A DNA stretch of 64,000 nt from IMG/VR virus record IMGVR_UViG_2711768134_000006, one strand, 5' to 3'. The notes below the pieces were generated by a model that did no database searches, had not been told where the DNA came from, and saw only the letters and a list, made by a program, of their open reading frames with translations. Made by a program: the position numbers and the translations under genes. Numbering within the stretch: position 1 is the stretch's first letter; the number at the start of each line of letters is the position of its first letter. Positions 18,573-27,757 of the stretch are shown in pieces. The stretch is from an uncultured virus (IMG/VR IMGVR_UViG_2711768134_000006). Its lineage: Duplodnaviria > Heunggongvirae > Uroviricota > Caudoviricetes.

Positions 18573-18607
18573 AAAGAAGATGTCTTAAGATTGAGACATC
18601 TTCTTTT
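18573..18607 (+). terminator. Intrinsic terminator
   Basis: AAAGAAGATGTCT/AGACATCTTCTTT stem. Confidence 0.75.
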
Positions 18608-18700
18608 ACTTTATGTTAATATATACTTATAACATATATTTTATTATTTTAATGTCTATATATGTTGATATTTTAATTGCAGAAAGGAATGTACATATCC

Positions 18701-19021
18701 ATGCAAAAAATACCACAAGCTGAATTAAAAGTTATGAAATTCATATGGAATAAGAATGATATAGTAACATCAAAAGAAGTTATGGAAGCTATGGAATTAG
18801 AATATAACTGGAAGGCGACAACTACACTAACTCTTCTTTCAAGACTCACTATTAAACGTTTTTTAGATTCTGAGAGGATAAAAAGAATTACACATTATAC
18901 AATACTTATTACAAAAGAAGAATATAAAATATTTGAAACAAAGAGATTTTTAGAAGAAGTACATTCTAATTCTATAGAAAGCTTAATTAGTTCTTTAGAG
19001 GATTGTTATAAGAATAAATAA
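18701..19021 (+). CDS. BlaI/MecI/CopY-family winged-helix regulator
   Basis: AELKVMKFIW...W..TT..TLLSRL..K.FL signature; likely ATG at 18701. Confidence 0.85.
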   Translation: MQKIPQAELKVMKFIWNKNDIVTSKEVMEAMELEYNWKATTTLTLLSRLTIKRFLDSERIKRITHYTILITKEEYKIFETKRFLEEVHSNSIESLISSLEDCYKNK

Positions 19022-19113
19022 AGAAGTGAACTTTTATTATATACAAAAAGTTTTCGTAACGATATAATTAATACAATTTATTCTTATATATATAATAAAA
19101 TATACATAGAGAG

Positions 19114-19142
19114 TTGACAACTAAAATAATATACACTATCAT
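19114..19142 (+). promoter_or_regulatory. SigmaA promoter of the surface-protein gene
   Basis: TTGACA-N17-TATCAT. Confidence 0.6.
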
Positions 19143-19175
19143 TCATAGTATAAAAGGATGGGAGGATTTTACAAT

Positions 19176-20438
19176 ATGAAATTCAAAAGAAAAGCATTAA
19201 CCTTAGCTATAATATCTTCTATTGTCATGTCTAGCACATTATTAGTTTCAGCTAAAGAACTAAAATTTAGACCTCCAGCTCATAGAATACAAGGAGCAAA
19301 TAAGTATGAAACAGCAGGTTTAATAGCAGACAGAAGAAAATACACCCAAGCAATAATTATAAACACAGATAAAAGTCTTGCAGATGGGTTGAGTGCTAGT
19401 GGTTTAGCTGGAGCTTCTAACTCGCCAATATTACTTGCTAAACAAAATTCTATACCAAATTCTACTCTTAAAAGATTAGATAAATTTAAAAAAATCTATT
19501 TAATAGGTGGAGTTAATTCTATAAGCAAAAATGTAGAAAATATACTAAAAAACAAAAAAATAAAGGTTATTAGGATAGAAGGAAAAGACAGAATAGACAC
19601 AAGTTATAATGTTGCAAAAGAAATACGCAATCTAAAAAAGGTTGATGAAGTATATCTTACAAATGCTTACCAAGGAGAGGCTGATTCTATAAGTATATCT
19701 CCAGTTGCTGCTAAATATAAAAATCCAGTTGTATTAACAAATGGAAAGAATATACCATTTAAAACAGATGGGGTAAAAACATATGCTATTGGAGGAACAG
19801 CATCAATAAACGACTCTTTAGTGAACAGTACAAAAGCAACTAGAATTGGTGGTGTTGATAGACTTGACACTAATGAAAAAATAATTAAGCATTTTTATAA
19901 AGATGAATTAAAACATCCAAATCAAATATGTATTGTAAGTTCTGATAATTTAATAGATGCACTATTATCTTCTACAATACACAAAGAATATCCTGTATTT
20001 TTAGTAAATGAAACTAATGACAAATCATTAGTTACTAGTGCTAATTTCCCAATAATAATAGGTGATATAAAAAATGAAATTTTAGACCAATGCTTAACTC
20101 CAGATTATATGTTAACTGGTAATACTAAAAGAAGTGACATCTCAAAAGCTTTAGATGCTATATATAAAGCAAAAGGTTCAAAAGCACATGAATATTGTTA
20201 TACATATAATTATGGTAACTCAAGATATAAAAAAGCTGAAAATATAGATTTTCCACACTATGAGTTTGAAATAATCAGTGTTAAAAATGTTAAACAAGAT
20301 GAATCTAGCACTGATGGTTCTGATACTTATACTGATAAAGAAGATAGCATTAAAACAGTAGGAACTCTAATTGTAAATTCTGAAACATTAGAAGTATATG
20401 AGTATAGTTTTGATACACAAAAGTTAACTAAAATATAA
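19176..20438 (+). CDS. Secreted cell-wall protein with three CWB2 (cell wall binding repeat 2) domains
   Basis: Signal peptide; RIQGANKYET, RIEGKDRIDTS and RIGGVDRLDTN; PILL/PVVL/PVFL motifs; unique C-terminal domain. Confidence 0.85.
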   Translation: MKFKRKALTLAIISSIVMSSTLLVSAKELKFRPPAHRIQGANKYETAGLIADRRKYTQAIIINTDKSLADGLSASGLAGASNSPILLAKQNSIPNSTLKRLDKFKKIYLIGGVNSISKNVENILKNKKIKVIRIEGKDRIDTSYNVAKEIRNLKKVDEVYLTNAYQGEADSISISPVAAKYKNPVVLTNGKNIPFKTDGVKTYAIGGTASINDSLVNSTKATRIGGVDRLDTNEKIIKHFYKDELKHPNQICIVSSDNLIDALLSSTIHKEYPVFLVNETNDKSLVTSANFPIIIGDIKNEILDQCLTPDYMLTGNTKRSDISKALDAIYKAKGSKAHEYCYTYNYGNSRYKKAENIDFPHYEFEIISVKNVKQDESSTDGSDTYTDKEDSIKTVGTLIVNSETLEVYEYSFDTQKLTKI

Positions 20439-20449
20439 TCAATTATAAA

Positions 20450-20489
20450 ATAAGGCTCTTTAGTTAATATTGAAAAGAGTCTTATTTTT
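20450..20489 (+). terminator. Intrinsic terminator
   Basis: ATAAGGCTCTTT/AAAGAGTCTTAT stem plus T-tract. Confidence 0.7.
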
Positions 20490-20705
20490 GTATGTTAGAG
20501 TTGATTAAAGAAATTATATTAAAATTAAAATTTCAATTATTCTTTAAATTCCCATTTAAGGAATAGTATATATAAAACATAGAACTTATTAAAAGTACTC
20601 TCTTTCATAGTATGTAATTAAAAATAAGTTATTTTGTACATTATGATTTCTTATATTTAATGGTATAATAAGATTAAATATAAGAATGTTGAAAGGAATG
20701 ATATT

Positions 20706-20927
20706 ATGAAATTGCCTGAATTAGAGATTAATATAAGTATATCAATACCAATTTTTTTAGTTATCTCTTATTTGGCTATAGTTTCTATAGTAATGCTAGG
20801 GATATCAGCTTTAAATAACTTTACTAATACAACATCAGTACCTATAAATGCTTTAGGTTCAACAGTTGGATTTGTTATATTTCAACTTTTAGTTAGTTTT
20901 TTTGAAAATAGAAAAATTACAGATTAA
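20706..20927 (+). CDS. Small two-TM membrane protein with its own promoter
   Basis: Two hydrophobic segments; TGGTATAAT at 20661; GAAAGGA RBS. Confidence 0.65.
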   Translation: MKLPELEINISISIPIFLVISYLAIVSIVMLGISALNNFTNTTSVPINALGSTVGFVIFQLLVSFFENRKITD

Positions 20928-20982
20928 ATGTTATTTACATGAAATTTTGTTTTAATATTCTTAATTTGTGGTATAATAAAAG

Positions 20983-21104
20983 CAAGGAAACATATTTTAC
21001 TTAACTTTGAGTGATGTTTCCAAACTAAATTAGTTTATTTGGATTTTCTTTGGAACTTAATATTAAGTTCCCAGCCACTCTTAGTCGCGTTTGAGTGGCT
21101 TTTT
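20983..21104 (+). ncRNA. Antisense antitoxin RNA of type I TA module 3
   Basis: TGTGGTATAAT (20967-20977); terminator AGCCACTC/GAGTGGCT (21073-21100) plus TTTT; overlaps the toxin 3' end. Confidence 0.75.
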
Positions 21105-21166
21105 AATTTATCGTAGATATAACTAGCTATAACACCAGCTATAATACTCATCATTAGATTTTCCAT
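21035..21166 (-). CDS. Type I toxin, 43 aa (MENLMMSIIAGVIASYIYDKLKSHSNATKSGWELNIKFQRKSK)
   Basis: Hand-translated. AAGGAGGTGA RBS; TGATATAAT at 21257-21265; AGVIAS TM segment and KSGW..IKF tail typical of C. difficile type I toxins. Confidence 0.85.
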   Translation of the reverse strand: MENLMMSIIAGVIASYIYDKLKSHSNATKSGWELNIKFQRKSK

Positions 21167-21305
21167 AGTTTTTCACCTCCTTTCATAAGAAAGTGAGGAA
21201 ATTTCTATGGAAACACCACTCACAGCTTTTTCAAATATTTATTCCTTGCTATGTTTATTATATCATAAATATTGGAAATATAAAATTTTAATATTTTCTA
21301 AAATC

Positions 21306-21365
21306 TGACGCTTTAAACGCCATTCTAAGGCTTTATAAAAATTTACCTTTATATTTGTACCTTTG
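21306..21365 (-). repeat. Dispersed inverted-repeat element, copy A (partial)
   Basis: Reverse complement contains ATTTTTATAAAGCCTTAGAATGGC, matching the copies at 24598 and 51822. Confidence 0.6.
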
Positions 21366-23193
21366 TTTTTTTATCATACAAATTATATATTGGATATAAT
21401 TTAAATTTATTCAATAATTCTTTACTCATATTATTCATATTATTTTTAGCTTCTTCATACTTTTCAATTAATATATTTATCGCACATTGAATCATTATGT
21501 CTTTTGAGTTTTTTCTTTTAATATTATCTAAATCAAGTATTTCATCAATGCTAAAATTTCTAATCCTTTTTATTATTTGATATTTATTAATTTTGTTTAT
21601 ATCTACATCAACTTCATTTTCTATCCATTCTAATAACTCTAGTGCCTCAATTAAATATTCTTTAATAAGTATTTTATCATAGTATTTAATTAATTCTAAA
21701 ATATATGACATGACTCTATCTGTATACTCTGGTGTTTTTTTATATTTTTTAATATTTATAGTTGCTTTACTTACATCGAAATTAATACTATCCATATCAT
21801 TATAATTTAAAAGTATATATGGACTGCATTGCATGTCTCCTTCTCTTTGAGTAATAGTAAGGTTATTTTTTTTATCAAAAATATTAATAAGATTCCAACT
21901 ATTATCTGTTTCTATCTTATATAAGATTATTTTCTTTTCATTAATTTTCATATATGCAAATCCTGAATGTTTACTCATATTCTTTTTTTTAATTGTTTTA
22001 TTATTAATAAATATACTTATAAGTGTATTTATCTTCCCATAATCTTCCTGAGACATATTATCTAATAAGAAATTTTCTTGTTTTATTTCAAGCATCTCTA
22101 ATAGATTCTTAAAATCTTCAAAAAATAATATATTTTCTATTAAATCATTTTCTTCGCATGGCATAGTTTTTAAATCTAAATCAATAAGTTTATCTTTTGT
22201 TGAAAATTCTTTTATAAGTACTTTTTTATGTTTAAATATATCTAATAACATCTTTAAATTATTTAAATGACTATCAACAGTTCCACTTGGTTCTTTTATC
22301 GTAAAATTTATATCAATAGACTTATTGATTAATTTCTCATCTAATATACGGTAAATATAAATAACAATAAAATTATTGATAGTTATTTTGTGATTGGTTT
22401 TATTTACTGTTGATATATATTCATTATTTTTATAAATATTATTTTTTATAAAAATATCTACAATAGTTTTTGTATTTAATTCTTTAAGATACAATTTATT
22501 CACACAAGGTAAATCAATTGTATCTAAATCTTCATGTTTAAGTGGTTTGTAAGCATACACACTTCTATTAAATAAATCATATCTATTATCTATTTCTGCA
22601 ATATCTATTGAAATCTCTTTGTCTCTTTCACTTAGTTCTATTTGTTTATCTACTAAATTTTTTGTTTGTTTATTTATATTACGATAAAACGAATTAACTA
22701 TTCTTTCAAAATGATTATTTTCAGGTCTTAGTTCATATAGCTCTACAGACTTGGTCAATTGATTTTTCTTCGTTCTATCTATTTCATTTAATATATTTAT
22801 CAAATCAACTGGAAGTAAATTTCTATAATAAACTTTTATTTTGTTAACACTTTTAATTTCAACAACAAATAAAATAACACCTTCATTATTGTAGTAGTTT
22901 CTTAAATCACTAACATCCATTGAAAAAGTTCTTTTTTTGCCACTTAACTTTTTTACCTCCTTTGCTTTAAGTTGTATATTTATTTTTCTTAATAAATTTT
23001 CTTTTTTATTATCTAAACAATTTTCCTTCTCAATTTTATTTTTTTCATATAAAAATAGTTCTCCGTCCCAAGATGGTGTTTTGTCATTTGATTGAATATT
23101 TGCTTCAATATTTCCCGCAATCGCACATAATTTTTGAATCTCAGCAATAGATAAATTTTCCTTGTGTATATTTGAAATCTTACTTGTTCCCAT
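21349..23193 (-). CDS. DUF4365-like PD-(D/E)xK nuclease-domain protein, candidate anti-phage effector
   Basis: NDKTPSWDG...IQLK...DLRNY....GVILFVV N-terminal domain; helical C-terminus; own TGGTATAAT at 23229-23237. Confidence 0.65.
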   Translation of the reverse strand: MGTSKISNIHKENLSIAEIQKLCAIAGNIEANIQSNDKTPSWDGELFLYEKNKIEKENCLDNKKENLLRKINIQLKAKEVKKLSGKKRTFSMDVSDLRNYYNNEGVILFVVEIKSVNKIKVYYRNLLPVDLINILNEIDRTKKNQLTKSVELYELRPENNHFERIVNSFYRNINKQTKNLVDKQIELSERDKEISIDIAEIDNRYDLFNRSVYAYKPLKHEDLDTIDLPCVNKLYLKELNTKTIVDIFIKNNIYKNNEYISTVNKTNHKITINNFIVIYIYRILDEKLINKSIDINFTIKEPSGTVDSHLNNLKMLLDIFKHKKVLIKEFSTKDKLIDLDLKTMPCEENDLIENILFFEDFKNLLEMLEIKQENFLLDNMSQEDYGKINTLISIFINNKTIKKKNMSKHSGFAYMKINEKKIILYKIETDNSWNLINIFDKKNNLTITQREGDMQCSPYILLNYNDMDSINFDVSKATINIKKYKKTPEYTDRVMSYILELIKYYDKILIKEYLIEALELLEWIENEVDVDINKINKYQIIKRIRNFSIDEILDLDNIKRKNSKDIMIQCAINILIEKYEEAKNNMNNMSKELLNKFKLYPIYNLYDKKTKVQI

Positions 23194-23237
23194 AGAATAT
23201 AGCCACCTCCTTTGATAACCTATTATATATTATACCA

Positions 23238-24350
23238 TTAATTAGCTTTGAATAAATTTTCAGATATTCTATCTGAAGCTTCTTTATCCATTTCTTTAAG
23301 TACATGAGAATATACATTAAGAGTAGTATTAATATTTGAATGTCCCACCCTTTCAGATATAACCTTTATAGGTACTTTAGAATTTATAAGTAAAGTAACA
23401 TGTGAATGTCTTAAGTCATGAAATCTAATATGAGGTAAATCATTGTTCTCTAAGAATTTTCTAAATTTCTTACTCATTACATCTTCAGCAATTGGATTCC
23501 CTTTTCTATCAAAAAATAGTAAGTTATATTCATTTCTAACAATACTTCTCAATAACTTCTTATTCTGCTCCAGCCTATAATTTTTTAGTAAATTCATAAG
23601 CTCTATTGGTGCAAATATTTTTCTAACAGAGCTTTCTGTCTTTGGCTCTTTAAGTATAACAGAACCATCTAATCTACTAGTTATCTTATTTACTGTTATT
23701 GTATTTTCATCAAAATCAATATTATCCCAAGTTAATCCCAAAACTTCTGAAAGTCTTAATCCTAGACCTATAGCTAAACTAATAGGAAGCTCCATATTAG
23801 TTCCTTTAGCTAACTCTAATAATTTTAACATTTGTTCTTTATCATAAATTTCATTTTTAAATTTTTTAATTCTTGGACTTTCTATACCATCTATAATATT
23901 TTCTTTTATTAACTTAATTCTATACGCTCTCTTTATTGCAAGTCTCAATACATTTATATGTACTTTAATAGTTTGAGGGTTTAAGTTACCAGCTAAATCA
24001 TCTACATAATTCTGTATATGAATATTTCTCAACTCTTGAAGACGATATTTTCCAATAGAAGGATTAATATGATTTTTACAAATAGCAATGTAACTTTTAT
24101 ATGTAGATGCCGAAATATTATCTTTATATTTTTCAAGAAAGTCTAATATAAATCCAGCTAGAGTGATTTCATTTGGAACAAGAAAACTATCTTTATATAT
24201 ACTGTCCTTAACTTCAGCCAATCTTTTATTAGCATCTCTCTTTTTATCAAAAGCTCCCATATTCTTTTGTTTTCTTTTTCCTGATTCATCATCTCTAAAT
24301 TCTAAGTACACTACATAATTTTTATTTCTTTTTCTTATAAAAGCGTTCAT
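23238..24350 (-). CDS. Tyrosine integrase with N-terminal arm-binding domain (lambda/Tn916 type)
   Basis: N-terminal IRKR...GKRKQK arm domain; GLRLSE, PKT, FHDLRH, VGH and VYSH catalytic motifs. Confidence 0.9.
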   Translation of the reverse strand: MNAFIRKRNKNYVVYLEFRDDESGKRKQKNMGAFDKKRDANKRLAEVKDSIYKDSFLVPNEITLAGFILDFLEKYKDNISASTYKSYIAICKNHINPSIGKYRLQELRNIHIQNYVDDLAGNLNPQTIKVHINVLRLAIKRAYRIKLIKENIIDGIESPRIKKFKNEIYDKEQMLKLLELAKGTNMELPISLAIGLGLRLSEVLGLTWDNIDFDENTITVNKITSRLDGSVILKEPKTESSVRKIFAPIELMNLLKNYRLEQNKKLLRSIVRNEYNLLFFDRKGNPIAEDVMSKKFRKFLENNDLPHIRFHDLRHSHVTLLINSKVPIKVISERVGHSNINTTLNVYSHVLKEMDKEASDRISENLFKAN

Positions 24351-24405
24351 GGTTATCCCTCCTATGAAAATTCATATACTTATTATACCATACAGAGGAG
24401 GCAAA

Positions 24406-24521
24406 AAATAGTCATTTTAGCTGACTTTCAACTGACTTTTTTAATTCTTTTATTTATATAATTATTGAAATTACTTAGTTGTAAAGAAATAAGACATAGA
24501 ATACACAATTCTATGTCTTAT
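24406..24521. other. Candidate att/arm-site region upstream of the integrase
   Basis: CTGACTTT at 24421 and 24432, inverted AGTCA at 24410, and a perfect 14-bp inverted repeat at 24489-24521. Confidence 0.35.
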
Positions 24522-24550
24522 ACTAGTAATTTATTTATTTTTTATATTTT

Positions 24551-24634
24551 GCGTTTTAAGCAATCGAATTTCTGAATAGGACTAATTATAAGCATTGATT
24601 TTTATAAAGCCTTAAAATCGAATTTAGAAGGTCA
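24551..24634 (+). repeat. Dispersed inverted-repeat element, copy B
   Basis: GCGTTTTAAGCAAT...ATTTTTATAAAGCCTTAAAATCG. Confidence 0.6.
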
Positions 24635-24800
24635 TTTCGTTTTGATAAGTTTTAAATTCTAATTAAGTATTAGGATAATTAGATAGTAAAGAGTTAATCT
24701 GGAATTTATTATATAAAACAACTTTAATAGTGGAAAATATAACTTTAAATGTGGTATAATATTTTATATAATAAATTATAAAAAGGAGGTTGATATATCT

Positions 24801-25643
24801 ATGAAACTTGATTTTAAACCAACAAAAGTACCTGAAATTGAAATACAGGATGCAGCAGGTATAAATTATCTAAACAGAATAGGTACAAAAAATAGTGATA
24901 CTCATTATAAGATTACTAAAAATAGAGTTACTTTTAGAGTAAAAAAAGAAGATATATTTGTTAAATTTTTAGATAATGGTAAAAAAGAACTGAATGAAAA
25001 ATATTACTTATATATCGAATATTTAAAAGAGACTATTTTAAAAGAAGAAGTTGAATCTTTTGAAATAGGATTTGAAAAAGCTAATATTTGGGCTGATAAG
25101 CACTTAAGTGACTTTGAATATTTAAATTCATTAATTTGGGATATTAAAGAAAAGAGACAATCCAAAATATTAGAAGAAGAAAATGTTGACACCCTAGAGA
25201 AGGCTAAAACTGTTAAATTTCCTTGTTTCTCAAAATACTCAGGTGAATATATATATGATGTAATGCAAACTGATTTAGAGCATTGTGTTGCATATTATGC
25301 AGGAAATTTAAACAGTAAAGAATTTAACTTTTCAAGTGTTGGTGTTAATCAGTTAAATTACAATCCATCATCAGAAAGAACTAAAAGTTATAATTGCATA
25401 AAATATTTATTAGATACATTTTATCCTCATATATCAAAAAATTTATTAGCTTATTTTAAAGATATAAGTCTTGATGATGCAAAAAAAATTATTTTTACAA
25501 GTGGAAAATACAAAGGTAAAACAGCATATGATGTTTATAAAGAAAATAGAAGTTATTTAGAATGGTATTTACAAAATACAAAAAAAACTATATATAATAT
25601 TAGAATGATAACAGCTATTAATCTAATTAAAGAATGTGAATAA
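24801..25643 (+). CDS. Hypothetical protein with C-terminal ExoX-C/DUF3820-like domain
   Basis: F..GKYKGK....V......YLEW motif; TGTGGTATAAT promoter and AGGAGG RBS. Confidence 0.6.
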   Translation: MKLDFKPTKVPEIEIQDAAGINYLNRIGTKNSDTHYKITKNRVTFRVKKEDIFVKFLDNGKKELNEKYYLYIEYLKETILKEEVESFEIGFEKANIWADKHLSDFEYLNSLIWDIKEKRQSKILEEENVDTLEKAKTVKFPCFSKYSGEYIYDVMQTDLEHCVAYYAGNLNSKEFNFSSVGVNQLNYNPSSERTKSYNCIKYLLDTFYPHISKNLLAYFKDISLDDAKKIIFTSGKYKGKTAYDVYKENRSYLEWYLQNTKKTIYNIRMITAINLIKECE

Positions 25644-25645
25644 AA

Positions 25646-26956
25646 ATGGATGTATTAAATTTACCAGATTTTGAAGTTATTGATACAATAATAAATGAAC
25701 ACGATATGACTGTAATTGTTAAACCTAAAAAAGAACCCACCATATGTTATGAATGTGGTTGCACTGAATATTATAAGCATGGAAAGTCTACACGTTCTGT
25801 TAAGGATTTAAATATTTTTGACAAACATGTAGTAATAGAAATACATAGTTATAGATATAAATGTAAACATTGTAATTCTACATTCAATCAAAAATATAAA
25901 AGCATTGATGAAAGAGGTAAAATTACTATTAGATTAAGAAAACAGATAGAAAAAGAATCTCTTAAGAAACCATTTTCCAGTATTGCAGATGAATATAGTG
26001 TTTCACCAACCACAGTAAAAAGAATGTTTGAAGTTTATATGAAGGAACTTGAAAAAAATATAGTTTACACTACCCCAATAGTGTTGAGTATAAATGGACT
26101 ATATCTTAAGAACTCAGTAAGAGCTATATATATAGATGTAGTCCATCATAAAATTCTTGATATTCAAGCAACTAGAAATAAAACTGATATCAAAGCATTT
26201 TTAAATAAATTTCCTAATAAAAAACAAATCGAAGTCATAATAATTGATATGTGCAAACATTGTAAAGAAGCAATTTATGAGGAATTACCAAAGGTAAAAA
26301 TTATTATAGATAGATTTCATGTTTTACAATTAATTACAAATGCCCTAGAAAAAGAAAGAAAGTCTTTTAAAGATACTTTAACAATTAAGCAACGCAAAAA
26401 ACTATTAAAAGATAAAATTTTACTATCAAAAAATAGAGAGGAATTAAAAGATGAACAAATACAGAATATGCAAACGATATTCAATGAATTTCCACATTTA
26501 AAATTAGTATATGAGCTTAAGGAACAATTTAGAGATATTTATGGATGTCAAAATAAAGAAGATGCTTTTAAAATATATGAGAAATGGAAATTGTCAGTTC
26601 CTAAAAATATGAAATATTACCAAGAGGTGATAAAAACAGTTGATAGTTGGTACTTAGAGATATTTAACTATTTTGGATATAGAACAGCAAATACTTCTAC
26701 TGAAAGCGTAAATAATTTAATTAAATATATTGAAAAAGCTGGAAAAGGTTATAGATTTGAAATTTTTAGAGCTAAGATATTATTTGAAACAATAGCAACT
26801 AATAAACCTAAATATAACAAATTAACCTCAACTAAAATTGTAAATACCATCAAGTCTTTTAGTTGGGATGATTCATATAATAAAGAAAAATTAATAGAGG
26901 GATTCGGAGTTAATATTCCACAATTACTTGAAGTTTTCAAAAGTGATAGATTTTAA
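25646..26956 (+). CDS. ISL3-family transposase-derived protein with the first catalytic Asp lost
   Basis: CxxC...RYKCxxC zinc finger, HTH, IDM, IDRFH and TES.NN.IK motifs; the usual GIDE motif reads SING; no terminal IRs seen. Confidence 0.8.
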   Translation: MDVLNLPDFEVIDTIINEHDMTVIVKPKKEPTICYECGCTEYYKHGKSTRSVKDLNIFDKHVVIEIHSYRYKCKHCNSTFNQKYKSIDERGKITIRLRKQIEKESLKKPFSSIADEYSVSPTTVKRMFEVYMKELEKNIVYTTPIVLSINGLYLKNSVRAIYIDVVHHKILDIQATRNKTDIKAFLNKFPNKKQIEVIIIDMCKHCKEAIYEELPKVKIIIDRFHVLQLITNALEKERKSFKDTLTIKQRKKLLKDKILLSKNREELKDEQIQNMQTIFNEFPHLKLVYELKEQFRDIYGCQNKEDAFKIYEKWKLSVPKNMKYYQEVIKTVDSWYLEIFNYFGYRTANTSTESVNNLIKYIEKAGKGYRFEIFRAKILFETIATNKPKYNKLTSTKIVNTIKSFSWDDSYNKEKLIEGFGVNIPQLLEVFKSDRF

Positions 26957-27009
26957 TTTGTTCTTTTATTTTTTCAATAATACTTATGTTATATTATTAA
27001 CAGATAAAA

Positions 27010-27035
27010 AAGTCATCTAAATTAATAGATGACTT
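27010..27035. terminator. Hairpin at the convergence of the + and - gene blocks
   Basis: AAGTCATCTA/TAGATGACTT stem with flanking A-tract. Confidence 0.6.
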
Positions 27036-27260
27036 AATCATTTTTATGCTACTTTTTCAATGTATTTTTCATTAACAACATAAGTCTTGAACTTATGTAC
27101 TATCATTATATCCTGCATGTTCTCTAGTGTCATTATAACTCTAATTCATTTTTTCAATAGAAAATCTTAATCCTGTATAGATATTTTCTAAATGATATAA
27201 TGTCATACATTTGTCATCATAATAATAATTATATTTTTCCAGTATTATATATTTATTCAT

Positions 27261-27734
27261 TTATCTTATTCCAGTACTTCCGAAGCCATTCTTGCCTCTT
27301 TGTGATTCAGATAATTCATCTACAACTTTTAATATGGCTCTTGGCACTTGTTGAAATACACCTTGAGCTAATTTGGTATGTTTAGGAATTAGGATTTCAA
27401 AGTCTTCTTCATTATATGTAATTATTTTAATTTCACCTCTATAACCTGAATCAACTGTACCAAATCTTACTGTTGGATATATTCTAGTTGTTTTGGCATT
27501 AAGAAAAAACATTCCCTCAATGCCATTTAAGCTTATACCACTTCTAGGTCTGACTTGCATTTCATACCCAAACGGAATTTCCAATGCTATACCTGTAGAA
27601 ATTGCTACTGCTGACCTAGCTGGAATCACTGTATTTTCTAGTGTGTATAAATCAATCCCACTATCGCCTTCTTTTGCATAAATTGGGATTATCGCATTTG
27701 GACTTAGTTTTTTTATTTTAACATTTATACTCAT
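27261..27734 (-). CDS. dut: Trimeric dUTPase
   Basis: GIDL, RPRSG, GTVDSGYRGE, KLAQ and RG..GFGSTG motifs. Confidence 0.95.
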   Translation of the reverse strand: MSINVKIKKLSPNAIIPIYAKEGDSGIDLYTLENTVIPARSAVAISTGIALEIPFGYEMQVRPRSGISLNGIEGMFFLNAKTTRIYPTVRFGTVDSGYRGEIKIITYNEEDFEILIPKHTKLAQGVFQQVPRAILKVVDELSESQRGKNGFGSTGIR

Positions 27735-27757
27735 TGATTTAATCTCCCTTTTTAAAA

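Noticed and set aside
16055..26940. Minus-strand ORFs at 16055, 18181, 19667, 25004 and 26749
   Set aside because: They lie opposite recognisable genes and show no independent signals.
25646..26956. Active ISL3 insertion sequence
   Set aside because: The first catalytic Asp is absent, and no terminal inverted repeats or target duplication were seen.
26967..26994. dif-like site (TTATGTTA resembles a XerD arm; also at 18611)
   Set aside because: No matching XerC arm at 6-bp spacing.
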